A stretch of DNA of 64,000 nucleotides from Geosiphon pyriformis uo1 (Eukaryota > Fungi > Glomeromycota). Below the pieces are notes generated by a model. That model saw nothing but the letters and a program-made list of their open reading frames with translations. It searched no databases and was not told where the DNA came from. The stretch's first letter is position 1. The number at the start of each line of letters is the position of its first letter. Both the position numbers and the translations under genes were made by a program. Location of the stretch: assembly GCA_016748015.1 (NCBI GenBank), contig JAAOMT010000710.1:248001-312000 (forward strand), read 5' to 3'. Shown in pieces: positions 51,552 through 64,000 of the stretch.

Positions 51552-54414
51552 ATGGCTAAAATTTTACTGATAACAATATTTATTTGGTCTTTTTAAAATA
51601 TTTTTTAGAACTTTTGGCTAATTAAGTATTGCAAATTTAGTGCTCTTAGTTTCTGCTTTTTAATCTTTTTTTTACTGTTTTTGTGGTTTTAAATTTGAAC
51701 TTAAGTTTAAATATGGTCTTAAATAACTTGTAAATATTGTTTTTTTTTAATAATAAAAACCATAATTTCAGATTTAAATTTGAGTAGCTCTAAGATTTTA
51801 ATCACCAAAATAGATGGCTTAAAATTAAATATAATTGCTTTTAAAGTTTTTATTAGTTTGGTTTTGGCAAAATTAAATTAATTGTGCTTTAAATTAAGTT
51901 TTCTGGTATATTTTTTATCTTAATAATTAATTATGTTTGAAAATTTGCAATATACAATATTAAAAAATAAACAATATAACTAAACAAAAGAATATTATTA
52001 GATAGCATAAAGATTTTGGTAATTTGATTTTTATATTTACTAAAATAAAGCTAAAAAGACAGAATAGACTTTGAATTAAGAACAAATTTCCAGTTGTAAA
52101 AGTTTTTATTTTTGGTTTGAATACTGGTTATCTGAATTTGGGAATAGTAATAATAATAAATAATACTTTTGTTTAGCATATGTACAAAGTTTTTAAGATC
52201 TTTAATCATTTTTTTTCAATTTGTTTGCTGTTTAACAACAAATTTTTAGTAACAAATTTTGTTTTATATACTGATATTTCAATTAGTGTGTAATTTAATT
52301 AGACTTATAAAATAAATTTTTGCATTACTTATATAATTAATTCAAGCTTTGATGTAATATTAAATAGTAATTTCATTAAAAATAAAATAAGACAAAGTAC
52401 AAGTTTCAAGAAATATTTTGATTTAAGTTTAAGCAATTTTTTCTTAAATAATTCTATTTTTAAGCTCTTAACCTAAAACAATTTAAGAAATGTAAAAAAA
52501 ACTATTGATTACATTTTTGTTAATGACTATTTTCTATTAATAATTATTAATTATAAAATTTCTAATGTATTTAAATATTTTAATACTAATTACAAGACTG
52601 TATTTATTTTTTTTAAATTGGGTGGCCTTTTAAATATTTATTTAAATACTATATATAAACAAATTAATCGAAATTATTAAAAGTTTAAAATTAAAGATAC
52701 AGATAATATTAAATAAATATACTTTATAAAATGCTCTTTTAATAAGCTATTTGCAATAGCAAATAGATTTAAAGATATAAAAATTTATAATAATTTGGAT
52801 GTAATATAAAAAATGGTAAAAAAAATAATAGTAAATTTAACTGATAAAGTATTTTCTAAATATTGGTTTTTTAAGTTTAATTGTTTAAAAAACAAGCTGT
52901 CTTTAAAGTTTTATAAATTAAAGCTATTTGTTACTAAATTGATAAAAAAATTAGGTTTAAATAACAAATTTAAATTTGTTTATCTCTTAGTAAAATAGTC
53001 TATTATTAATAAAAAAAAGACTTTTATAATCTATGATTTGGTCTAAAATAGTACAAAGTTATTAAAAGTTATTAAACATTTGTTAATAATCAAAAAAAAT
53101 ATAGAAAATCCAAGCACTATAAATTAAAAATGATTAAAAATATATTTATTAAGAAAGTAATTAATTTAACTCTAATAAAAAAAATATAATAAGAAATATT
53201 TTAAAATAGTTTTTTTATAAAATGATTTTAGACTATTTGGTAATCAGAAAAAATTGGTTTTAGAGTTAGATAAGATAAAGCTTAGAGTTGATGAAAGTAT
53301 AATAGATTGAACAAAAAAATAAAATGTGTTTTTAATGTTGTCTAATTTGTAGTTTTATTAGTATTTACTATTAAACTATATAGAAAAAAATGTTTTCTTT
53401 AATATAATAGATAAGATTAATATAAATAAATTAATTTTGATAATTGGTAGTTTGCTTAATAGCAAAGTTGCTAATTTATTTGGTATTTTAAACAAATTTT
53501 GAAAGCATTATAATTATATGATAATAGGATGTTTTTTGGATTTATTGAATTTTTGTTTGGCTTTTAATAATGTTTTGATTCTTTGGAAAAGAATATAAAT
53601 TTCAATAATTTTTAAGTCATATAACTAAGATGGTATTTTAATAAATATATAGTCTACTATACTAATTAAAACAGCTAAAAAAATTTTATTTAAAATTTTT
53701 TTAGATAGTATTTATTTGTTTATAATGAATTTAATATTCTTTTAAATGACAACTTTTTGGTCTTAAAAGATACTTTAACTTAATTTTCTGTATTTGTTAT
53801 TGGTTTGATAGTAGAAAATACTTTAAAAAAAAACCAAAAGCTGTAGTTAATTTTACAAGATATGTATAAAGCTTATAATTTAGTTAAATTGTATTATTTA
53901 AAAATTAGTTTAAGACATATCAAAATATGTAATAAGTTTATTAAGTTTTTTGAAAATATATATATAAACAAAATCAACAAAATATTAACTAATTTTGGTC
54001 TTTTAGATAGTTATAAAGTGCTAAATAGACTCAATTAAAATAAAGTGTTTTCATTATTTCTTTAGAGAATTTTTTATAATTTTATTGTACAAGGTAAAGA
54101 AACATAAACATTTATGTAAATATAGAATTAACACCAACTTAGTAACAAAAATAAGTAAAATAGAGATTGGCAGAAAAAACTTTTTTTTACAATTGGTGTT
54201 TTTGTTGATAATATAATTTGGATTGAAAATAATTAAGTTTTAATACAGTATATTTTAGATATAGCTAGTAAGTTTTTTAGAGTTAATAATATTTTTATTA
54301 ACAATAACAAAACAATATCTATTTCTATCAATAAAAAAATTGTAAATGCTTTTTTGCATATTAGTAATTAATTAATTTTTATTATTAAACATAGTAAATC
54401 TTACAGATATTTAA

Positions 54415-54921
54415 TATTATTCATAGAAAAAGAGTACAAAAAAAGATAAAAAAAAATAAATCATAAAATAAATCAATAAAAAAATAATACTTAATTAATG
54501 AACACATTTTTAAAAATAAACACATTTTTAAGAAGTAGTGTAGAAAAAAGTAAAAATGTGTAGAATTTTATATAATACGAATTATATATATATAGAAAAA
54601 GTATTAAAAGCAAAAAAAAACAGAACAATAGTTAAAGACAAGTAATTATCAAATATCTTTTTTTTCAATAGATAGTTTTTTATAACTTGAAATGAAATCA
54701 TATCCATATTAATAAAAATATTTATTACTATTTAATTCATATTGTCATTACTTGATTAAAAAATATTAATTATTTTTATACTATTAACAATTTATATTGA
54801 TAAAATCTGATAATAAAACACATTAAACTAATAGTTTTTAATTATAACTATTAATAAGATATTAATTTTTTATTTTATTTTATTTTATTTTTTTATTATT
54901 TTGTTTTTTTTGTTGTTTACT
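54415..54921. repeat. Partial family B-like LTR in LINE ORF2; right end lost by deletion
   Basis: 54580-54920 aligns with 50885-51243; the LINE resumes several hundred bp further along ORF2. Confidence 0.7.
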
Positions 54922-55918
54922 TTGATATATTTAAGAACAAGTTATTAAACAAATATAAACAAATTATAGATTAAGAGATTTTTTATTATTGAAAAATATT
55001 GTGTTTTAGAAATCCAGTTTTATTATGATTTGAAAAAATTTCAGCTTATATAAACAATCTTTTTATTGGTTTTAATAAGACTGTTTTTAGCTCTGGCTAT
55101 TTAGATTTTTTAGCTTATAAAAATTTTTATATATTTAAAAATATTTATATGAATTATAAATAGAAATAATAAATATTTATACTAATAAGTCATTAAAAAA
55201 TTTGACATTACAAAAATAATTAGTAAAACTGCAGCTTATTTTTTTAAAGTTGCAATAAACATAAATATTGAGATGCATAGGTTATTGTTTTTAATAATAA
55301 TAAAATTAAAAGCAATTGCTTTGAAATTAGAATGTGTTCTTTTTTTTTATTTACTGATTTTGTATATAAACTGTTAAATTGTGATTAATACATGTATTTT
55401 AAAGCACAAGTTTAACTAATCTGATTTTTAAAACAAGTATTAAGTAGAATATTAGCATATAACTAATTTAATTAAGTCAAAAAACATTTTTGTAAAGTAA
55501 ATAAAAGACAAAAACTATTTAGATAATACTAATAATAATTAAACAAATGTTCTTATATGTATTATAGAGCAGTTTTGTTTGGCTTTTTCTGTTAAAATTT
55601 GTGAAAAATTTATCTTAACTGATAGTTTAATTGTATTGGACAATGTTTATTATTTTGTTTATAATATTTATTAAACTAATTTGTTATGCTTTTTGAAAAA
55701 TAAATTTTGGTGCAGAAATTATAAATGACTTATTTATTCAAAGCATAAACTAAGTTTGTATTGTTTTGGTTTGGCATCTAGATTCTTATATGTATTCTGA
55801 ATTTACTAGCAAATTTTTGGCTGTTTTTTAAATATATCTAATAAAAACTGTTTATAAAAAATTGCTTATTATAATTAAGAAAAAACTTTATAACAAAAAT
55901 TATCTAAATACTTTGTGC

Positions 55919-56756
55919 TGTTACAGCTGATTATTTGGAGTCTTAAAGCAAATAACAAATCCATAACTTGATGCTCAGTTAATGTACTGATGTTGGTTTC
56001 TGAAAGTTGTTTGTATCTGAAGATTTTTTGTTAAGTTCTTTGTATAATAGACAGAGATTCAATTAATAGTTTTATCCATAGCTTCCTGAAACTGCAGTTT
56101 TGTCAATTTTTTTCTCAGTATAATGGCCAGTAATCCTCTTAATAAGATATCCTCAATTCCGAGTGTTTATTTTTATTCCTGAGTCTTTTACCAGTGCTAT
56201 ATTCTGACATTAGTACCTCTATATGTAATTCTTTTTAATCAAGTTAACAAACAATAAAAAGAATAAAGCAAAAAGAAAATAAGAAAATAAGCCAAGGCAA
56301 TTTACATGTTTAGTATTCCGTCAATAGCCATGATTAAGGACTATTGTTCTAATGTGTTTTAAGTATTAGCAACTATCAATATGAAGTGTTGATAATGGAG
56401 AGTAGATTGAGATGGTAAATAATTATTTATTGATATTTGTGATGTGGACAAGTTGTTTAGATTAAATCTAAACTGAAAGGTCTGTTTTTTTTTTCTTCTA
56501 ATGTTACTGCTATATATATATAATTGATGTTCTATGAGATCATTTACATTTCTGAGCAATGTGCTATGATTTCTTGAACAATACTTACATTGCTAAGCAA
56601 TGTGCCCTAATTTTCTAATATTGCTCTATATTGTTGAACAATGTGCCATAATTTCTGACATTGCTTCACATTATTGAGCAATGTGCTCACATGTTAACTA
56701 CTACTCTTTTATTGGTCTACTATTTTCTATATCTGTTTTTCTTTTTATGAGTAATA
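55919..56756 (-). repeat. 3' LTR, family B
   Basis: TGTTACA...agtaata; homologous to 7916-8802; adjacent PPT. Confidence 0.9.
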
Positions 56757-56772
56757 TTATCTCCTCCTTTTA
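56757..56772 (-). promoter_or_regulatory. Polypurine tract (AAAAGGAGGAGATAA)
   Basis: Purine run immediately 5' of the 3' LTR on the minus strand. Confidence 0.85.
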
Positions 56773-57530
56773 ATATTGAGCTCCATTGAAATTCTCATTT
56801 TGAATTATGTTAAATACTTCTTTTTCAAGTAGTATCTGTTCCACTCTACTCTTTATTTCTTCAATTTGTGAATTGTTTATTCTTTCCTATTGGTTGATGG
56901 TTATTGTTTCTATGTCAAAGTGTAACAATACTTCTGGGTAGTTTTGAAATATAGTGTGTAGTTGATACATGGTTCTAATATGTAGTGTCAAGTTTGTTTT
57001 CTTTCCAATAATGTCTTTAATATTCTGGACTATCTCTTGATTGAAAATTCTTTTGGATTTGTCAAGATATAACTTTTGAATATCTATTTTTTGTTCCAAT
57101 TGATAATAGCAGTATGGTATTAGAAGTTGGTCTATCCATTTGTTTTAATTTTCTTTTGCCAGTTCTTCTGTTAGAACTGTAATAGTTATCTTTCCAAAGG
57201 TGTTCTTTACTTTCTCTACTATTTTATCTGACCAGTTTATTGATTGTTTTTGTGGTCGCTGATATGATGTACTTTTTTCTTTCTGTTTGGTGTTTCAATA
57301 GCAGATTGTTTGGTTATTGATAATAATTTCTATGTTTACTTGCTGTTGACTTAAAGCCTGAAACAATTGTTAAGCTAAGATGTGGATATAGTCTGGTATT
57401 TCCATTTTTCTTTGTTGCTTTTGTCATATATACTGTGTTTTTATATAATCTTTTGGTTATTCAATTTGACATGTTTGGTTCAATAATCATGATTGGTTCC
57501 AGATCTTATGGAATTTTATCTGGTTGGACT
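56760..57530 (-). pseudogene. Additional sense ORF between integrase and 3' LTR, function unknown
   Basis: Coding-like region including ORF 56887..57099; homologous DNA at 4082-4520 and ~9000-9790. Confidence 0.6.
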
Positions 57531-60500
57531 AGTATTCTTTGTACTCCTAATTGTGAAATATTACTGGTAGATGATGACACTATATGGTGATATCGTTTTA
57601 GTTGATTACTATGTGCTGCTTTGGCTAAGATTTTGTTATTTTATCTTAATTTATAAGCTCTATTTCCTAGAATTTTTTTTATGTGAAATGGTTTATTCTA
57701 TTTGAGATCAAATTTTCCACTTTATTGTTTTTCTGTTTTGGTACAATGTAGAAGTACTTTGTCTCTAATTTTGAATTTGACTGGTTTATTTGGTAGTTAG
57801 TTATCATGTCTTTTTTTTTGTTTCTTTTGTGACTTTTAGATGTTATCAGCTGCTTTTCGCCATTTGCTTTTTAGTGTTTTCATTAAGTCATATGTTTTTT
57901 TTAACAATGTTTTTTGAAAATTCTCTTCTATTATTGGTTCTATTGGATATATTTTGATTTCTATCTTAACTAGTAATGTTGCTGTCTTATCATATACTAA
58001 TTCAAATAGTATTGCTTGTATAGTGTCTTGTTTTATTGTTCTATAAGCAAATAATACTAATGGTATGAGCAAATCCCATTCATTCTGGTTTTTTTGGCTG
58101 ATCTTGGCTATTGCTTCACACAGTGTTCTGTTGAATCTTTCAACTAACCTATTTGTTTGTAAATGATATGGTAATAATAATGGTTTTTTTATCCCAAATC
58201 TTTGGCTTAATTCTGCCAATGTTCTATTCACAAAATGAATTCCTTGATCTGATAATAGTTTTTTTGAACATCTGTGTTAACAGATCAAATTTTAATGGAC
58301 AAATTTAGCAATGAATTCTGTATTTGCTCTTTGAATGGCTTTTGCTTCTGGCCATTTTGTGAGATAATTCATGGCTACTGCAATATATCTATTGTCTCTA
58401 CTGGTGATTGTTAATGGTTCGACTAAGTCAATTCTAATATGATTAAATAGTTGTTCTACTTTAATTGGTCTCAATAGTTCACTGGATTTTATTCTATCTC
58501 TTCTTTGACAAGCATCACAATTTTGAACATATTGGATGATGTCTGGATATATTGATGACCAATAGTATCTTTTTTTGATTTTTTCTATGGTTGCTTCTTT
58601 GTAAAAATGTCATGCTGTTAGATCTGAGTGTATGTTGAATAATATTGTCTCTTTTTCTGATTCTGTAATTACTCTAGTTGATTGATCTGAATTTCTTTTG
58701 TTTTTTTGGTAAAGTATATTTTGATGATTGATAAAATATTTTAATTGCTGTTTTATCTTGTTTTATTTATTTTGAAATAATTTCTCCTTGAACAATTGGG
58801 TATTTATATAATGTTAGAGTTTTTGGTATTTTTGTATATTCATTTTTTGTTATATTTTTGGGTTGAAATGTTTTTAGATTTGTTTTATTTATGACAATCT
58901 ATTGGCATTTCCATTTTTTTTTCCTTTTTTGTAGTGTATTGTATAATTAAATAGTGAAAGTTTTATTTTCCATCTGGTATAGCAATTGTCTCCAAATTTT
59001 TGTTTCTGGATTGAAGTCAATCTTTTGTGATTGGTGTACACATCAAACTTTTGATTCAAATATTTTTTCCATTTGATAACAGCCTAATAGATAGCTAAGT
59101 GTTTTAGTACTAGAGTTCTATAGTTTTTTTCAGCTGGACTTAAGCTTCTACTGACATAAGTTACCAGGTATTCTCATCCATCTGGTTTTTTTTGAGATAG
59201 TACTGCTTCCAAAGCTTGATCTGATGCATCTGTTGTGATTATAAATGGCTTGCTATGATCCAAATAGATTAATACTAAAGCTTAAATAAGTTTTTTTCTT
59301 AGCATATCAAAAGCTTTTTGCTGAGTTTCAGTCCATTTATATTTGGTGTTCTTTGTTTGGAGTTGGTGTAGTAGTTGAGCTATTTTAGAAAAATTTTTAA
59401 TAAAGTGGCAGTAGTATCCAGCAAATTCCAAGAATACTCTTAATTCTGTAAGATTATTTGGTACTAGAAAGTTCTTAACAATCTCAATCTTATCTGAATC
59501 CGTTTTAATACCATTTTTGCTTACAACATGTCCCAAAAACTTGAGTTTTGTTTTGCCAAAAAAACATTTGTTGGCATTTAATTTCAATTCTGCTTATCTG
59601 AGTCTTTCAAATACTTGTTGGAGATGATACAAATAATTATCAAATGTTTTTGAGAACACATTGGTGTCATTCAAGTATATGACTACTGATTTTCATAGTA
59701 ATCCAGTATAGACAATTTCCATGAGTTGTTGAAATGTAGCAGAAGTATTCATCAAGCCAAATAGCATCACTTCAAATTCAAAATTTTTTTCTTGTGTTGT
59801 AAAAGTTATTTTCTCTTTGTCTTTTGGTTTTATGGCTACTTGCCAGTAACTACTGTCTAAGTTTAAAGTCAAGAACTATTTCTTTTCTCCAAAAGCATCA
59901 AACAGCTCTTGGATCTTTAATATTGGATAACTATCTCCTTTTGTCACTCCATTTAGTTTCTGGTAATCCACACAAAAGCAGATTTTTCCATTTTTTTTAT
60001 GGACTAATACCATTGATAACGACTATGGGCTCATTAATGATTGAATTAACTTGTTGTTAAGTATCTGATTGATTTCTTAATGGATAATCTTATGGCTGGC
60101 TGGTGGTACTTTGTATGCTCTTTGTTTAATTGGCATTGTGTTTTCAGTCTTAATTTGGTGCTAGATTATATCAGTTCTGCCAAATTCATTTTTGCTGGCA
60201 AAAATATCATTGAAGTTGTTGAGTAACATCTTGAGTTGTATTGATTGAAGTGGGTTTAAGTTTCTCAAATTCATCTGTTTCAATTGTTTTAGTTGAAGCA
60301 GATAACATTCTTCTTGTCTATATATTGTTTATAATATAATATCCACATATCTGCAAAGTTGTGAAAAGTCTGGAATGGTGTTTGGTAATTGATCTTTGAC
60401 TTTAATGCTTAAGTATCTGATTATGGTTCTTTGTGGTATCTTGATAATATCTTCAATTGTGTTGTAGATAGGAATTTTGATGTGTTTAGGGCTTTTGGCT

Positions 60501-60607
60501 AATATATAAAGATTGGTGAATTTAATCTCCCCTGTTTCACAAATGGTTGTTTCTGCTTCAAATATTTGGGCTTGACCTTTCACTTTTCTCTCTATAGTTA
60601 ATATATA

Positions 60608-61072
60608 CTAATCATAAGATGGAATGAAAATTGATTGACAGATGGAAATAATTTTTTCCTCTGCCATATTAACTGGTACATCTATTCTACCCATTGATCC
60701 GAATCCCTGTATCTCTCTAGCTGTAATTCTTAATACTTCCTTGTTTTTTACTAATACTAATTGAGCTACTTTAACCAGAGACAGGAATATTGTCTGTGTT
60801 ATTTTTTTATTTGGCTCTATAATATAGGCCTTTTCTGAGTCATTTTGTAGCATAGCAATAATATTTTCTACATATCCTGCATCAATTATTTCTCTTCTGA
60901 TGTTAATTTCTTTTTTTGCTAAACTACTTCTGAATGCCAATTGAATCATTATTGTTGCTAAAATTTTCAGTGCTATTTTAAGATTAATGCAGGTGTATAA
61001 ATGTGGTTCCAATTTGATGGTATCTTTTCTTAGATCAAACTCTGTATCAGTATTATGCACATGCTCTGGCAT
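60608..61072 (-). pseudogene. Element-encoded trimeric dUTPase domain
   Basis: Decayed motifs I-IV: DTEFDL (DAGFDL), FRSSLA (RSSLA), IIDAGYVENI (IDxGYxGxI), KITQTIF (IAQ); motif V relic REIQGFGSMG. Confidence 0.9.
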
Positions 61073-64000
61073 AATACTCTTATTATTGTTGCTAAACCAT
61101 TTTTTTTGGAGAGATTAGGAAGTGCAATGTATTATTCAGGTTTTGAATCAGAGTTTGAATTCTCGTAATTTTTGTTGCTATTTTGAATGGAGCTGGAATC
61201 ATTATTTTTGTTATTGTCATTGTCAGAGTTTAAATCAGGTTTGAACAGTGATTTCAATTCCATTTCACAGCTGCTAATTGGTTCTTTTTCTTCTAGAATT
61301 GTGTAGATTATGCATGGTGGTAGATTGTAAATAAGATCACACTTATTACAATATCAAAAATCACAGAGAATTAAACAATGTTAACATAATCAAGTATTTA
61401 ACTGCTCTAAATGCTGCTCTTGTTTTTTTCTAATGGGTGTTAGTCACTGGTAGTGTTTATAGAATTCTTCCAAATCATCTTCAATGTTGCCAAAGATGTC
61501 GAAAGTTTGGACATATTTGGGTTCAAAAAGAAATAGAGAGTTGTTTTTGATTTTTAGTAGTTTACTGGTTGTTGTGCCTTCTGTTTTTGTACACACTATT
61601 CTTCAGATTTCATGTTTATCATGGGGATATCTTTCTAATCATTGCAATGCTCATTTCCAAACATTGTCAATTAGTGTTTCTTTGCATATCCAGTTATTAA
61701 TTAAGATCATATACTGACACATTTTATTGTACATTTCTCTATATTCAGGAATGTTATTTGACATTCCTTTATTGGGCAAAATAGTTCCACATGCAAAACA
61801 TGATTCATTGTCTCATTTTCTTTGCTGTTTTGGTTATCCAAAGTGTTCTATAACACATGAGTGATAGTAAAATTTTGTTGTGGTGGAGTATTTTTTGTTG
61901 TCACTACAGCATGCACCTATTGATGACAATTTCTTGTCACAATTGATGCATATGAGCTTTGGTTGGCAATAAGTAGATTGTTGTGGTATAGTATAAATGT
62001 AAAAGCTATAAGTAGTAGTGCTAGTGGTTGTTGTTTTTTCTTCCTTCTCTTTTTTTTTTCCTTATTGCTTTCTTCTTTCTTCCAAATTATTAGCTCTTTC
62101 TGGTTGTTGTCAGTTCCCTAGACTTGGTCTGAATTTCAGGTAAGTTCTTTTTTTTGCTTTTCTTTCCTATTGTCATCCCAAAAGAGTATTGGTGGTAACT
62201 TGTTGTGGTCTTTGTTGGCCCATAAAACTTGGTAAGCTTCTCAGGTGGGTTTTTTTTTTCTTTCTTGAATTCAATTAGTGGTGCTGATACAGTACCATTT
62301 GGTTTGAAGTGATCACATATGACTGAGACTCTTGTATATTGTCCATCCTAATTGAACTGTAGTTTCTGCATGTTCTAGTCAAGCATGGCATTGATTTTGA
62401 CTAGCCAGTCATTATCAACTAATGTTTGATACTATGTAGCTTTTATTACTAAAACTTTGATTAGTGTAATAACACTATTGACTTTAAAGAGAAAATCATC
62501 AATCTTACTGATAGAAGTTTTGGTTACTCCATCAGCTGTTATTATTCTGGTGCTGGCAGCATAATCAACTTGGTAACCTAATTAGTTTATGAGTTGTTGT
62601 GTGATGATACTGCCTGCTGATCCACTATTCAGAATTAGTTTAATGGCCTGTCTATTGACTTTAGCATTGGTGTACATTGCAGTAATGAGTTTGGTGTTGA
62701 GTATGACTTCACTAAAGAGTGGGACTGGTGTTGTTTTCTTAAATTCAAAGGGAAAAATTGCTGCTAGAGTTTTATCATCAGTAATGATAGCTGGTGATAT
62801 GTTGCTAGTGAGTGATTGTTTTTGGATGGCTTTCAAGTTGTTGAATGAGGTATCTTTTGGGGTCACCAAAAGACTTAAATAGTGTTGAGAATTTGGGTTT
62901 TGGGTGTATCCAGTGCCCAAATTCCATTGTTGAGATCTTGATAACTGGATTAAAGAATTGGAGATCAGCTGATAGACTACTATTGCCAATCTCTAGTTTT
63001 GTTGTATTGTTCTTAGCCTTTGGGTTCCGTTTTGAGGCAAGCTTTGTGGTAGTGTTGAATTTTGTTGGAGTTGATAAATTACTTAAGACTGTAGCTAATA
63101 GATAGATTGGGGCTGCAGTTGATAAATTATGAGTGTTGTCAGCTGATAAATTAGAGCTTGATATACAGGTGGTTAATAAATTGGCTGTTGTGTCATTTGG
63201 GTATAATAAGGTGAGTATTGATCTTAATGTGAGTATTAATTTGGAGTTTGAAACTTGTAATCAGGGTTTTAATATTGATTTTCCAATTGTGGGTTGTTAT
63301 TATAAGAGTGACAGTTAATTTTCAAATGGTTTTGTTTACCACAATTGTGGCAGATATGTGTCTCTTGTTGCCACAGCTGATTGAATGATAATGAAGGATG
63401 TGACTGATTTTGGGAGCAATTCATGTTTCCAGAATTATTGCATTATTGGGGTGGCTAATAAATTGCATGATTGTTAGCTAAGTACTCTTTTAATTTCTGA
63501 TTAATTGAATTACTAAGTTGTTTCAATTTGGAATCCAAGTCAGATAATCTATTCATTACTAGATTTATGGCTTGGGCATGGTTGGCTTCTAATTCAGCAG
63601 CTTCAAAATTTCTGGTGCTTGTAACTGTGGCTTGAAAATTTACTGGATGCATTGGACATACATGTTAGAGGATACTACTGTGTAAACTTCTAATGAATTG
63701 ATTTAGAATTTGTGACACTGTGAAATAGTCAGCTTGAATTGTCTGAATTTGGTGCAAATTTCTATGGAAGCATCCTAAGTAGATAGTAATGACTTTATTT
63801 TCTTCTTGTTTGATGGTGATAAAGGTATTTGCTAGATGATTAATACTATTATTATTGCTGAAGTATTGTAGAAATACAAGCTTAAATGCATTAAAATCCT
63901 GAGGTTTGTTGGCCAAGCTTTGATACCAAGAGTCAGCAGTATCCTGGAGAAAATAAGGGATGGCTTGTATGGCTCTGGTGTCATTCCATCTGTTGGCTGT

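Larger units (their letters stand above)
42083..51575. repeat. Solo LTR, family A, split by three later insertions (pieces 42083-42173, 43080-43237, 50005-50680, 51552-51575)
   Basis: Pieces concatenate to a copy of 3100-4081; termini TGTTATCA...TGATAACA; TSD atgt/atat. Confidence 0.85.
41106..55918 (+). mobile_element. Old decayed LINE hosting a nest of insertions (own sequence ~41106-42082, 51576-54414, 54922-55918)
   Basis: ORF1 rejoins across 42082/51576 and matches 17911-17960; ORF2 relic with ggtgtttttgttgataat (GAFVDD) at ~54195; interrupted at 55919 by a Gypsy LTR. Confidence 0.8.
55919..64000 (-). mobile_element. Ty3/Gypsy element, family B (gag, protease, Cys-rich domain, dUTPase, RT, RNase H, integrase, extra ORF, PPT, 3' LTR); 5' end beyond window
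   Basis: Domain order PR-RT-RH-IN is diagnostic of Ty3/Gypsy; IKQEENK (gag), ILNSGSAGS (protease), LKFLGHVVS (RT), PYHLQTNRLVERFNRTL (integrase). Confidence 0.94.

Noticed and set aside
16465-55918. Plus-strand orientation bias of the LINEs
   Set aside because: Too few elements, and two minus-strand insertions exist (10495-12320, 38941-38980); not distinguishable from chance.
56760-57530. Retroviral-type env or chromodomain
   Set aside because: No signal peptide, transmembrane segment, furin site or chromodomain aromatic pattern is recognisable.
60608-61072. Host DUT1 gene
   Set aside because: Intronless, embedded in Gypsy pol between protease and RT, and hypermutated like the element.

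Overview
AT-rich eukaryotic (fungal) genomic DNA, about 95% nested and mostly decayed retrotransposons around one small host gene island at ~13.0-15.9 kb. The island holds a 10-exon GRASP55/65 (GRH1-like) gene and a 2-exon COA6-like gene. From recollection only (no search run), the element proteins resemble those of Glomeromycotina/Mucoromycota, e.g. Geosiphon-type predicted proteins. The repeats comprise: (i) Ty3/Gypsy elements of at least two families with TGTTAC...GTAACA LTR ends, 4-bp TSDs and a shared TGGTGCTCTC primer-binding site, whose polyprotein carries an unexplained Cys-rich domain and a dUTPase between protease and RT, plus an extra ORF after integrase; (ii) many solo LTRs, several nested in other LTRs; (iii) L1/Tx1-like LINEs (ORF1 + APE-RT-RNase H-zinc finger ORF2) of several ages, one nearly intact at 43238-49996; (iv) an ORF1-only non-autonomous element carrying the LINE 3' end; (v) DNA-transposon relics. 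Most interesting are a repeat-restricted C>T/G>A hypermutation whose context differs from classical CpA RIP, a conserved structured ~120-nt RNA element starting at the stop codon of every complete LINE-type element, the ORF1-only element, and the extra Gypsy domains. Boundaries of heavily decayed elements are approximate; all alignments were done by eye.
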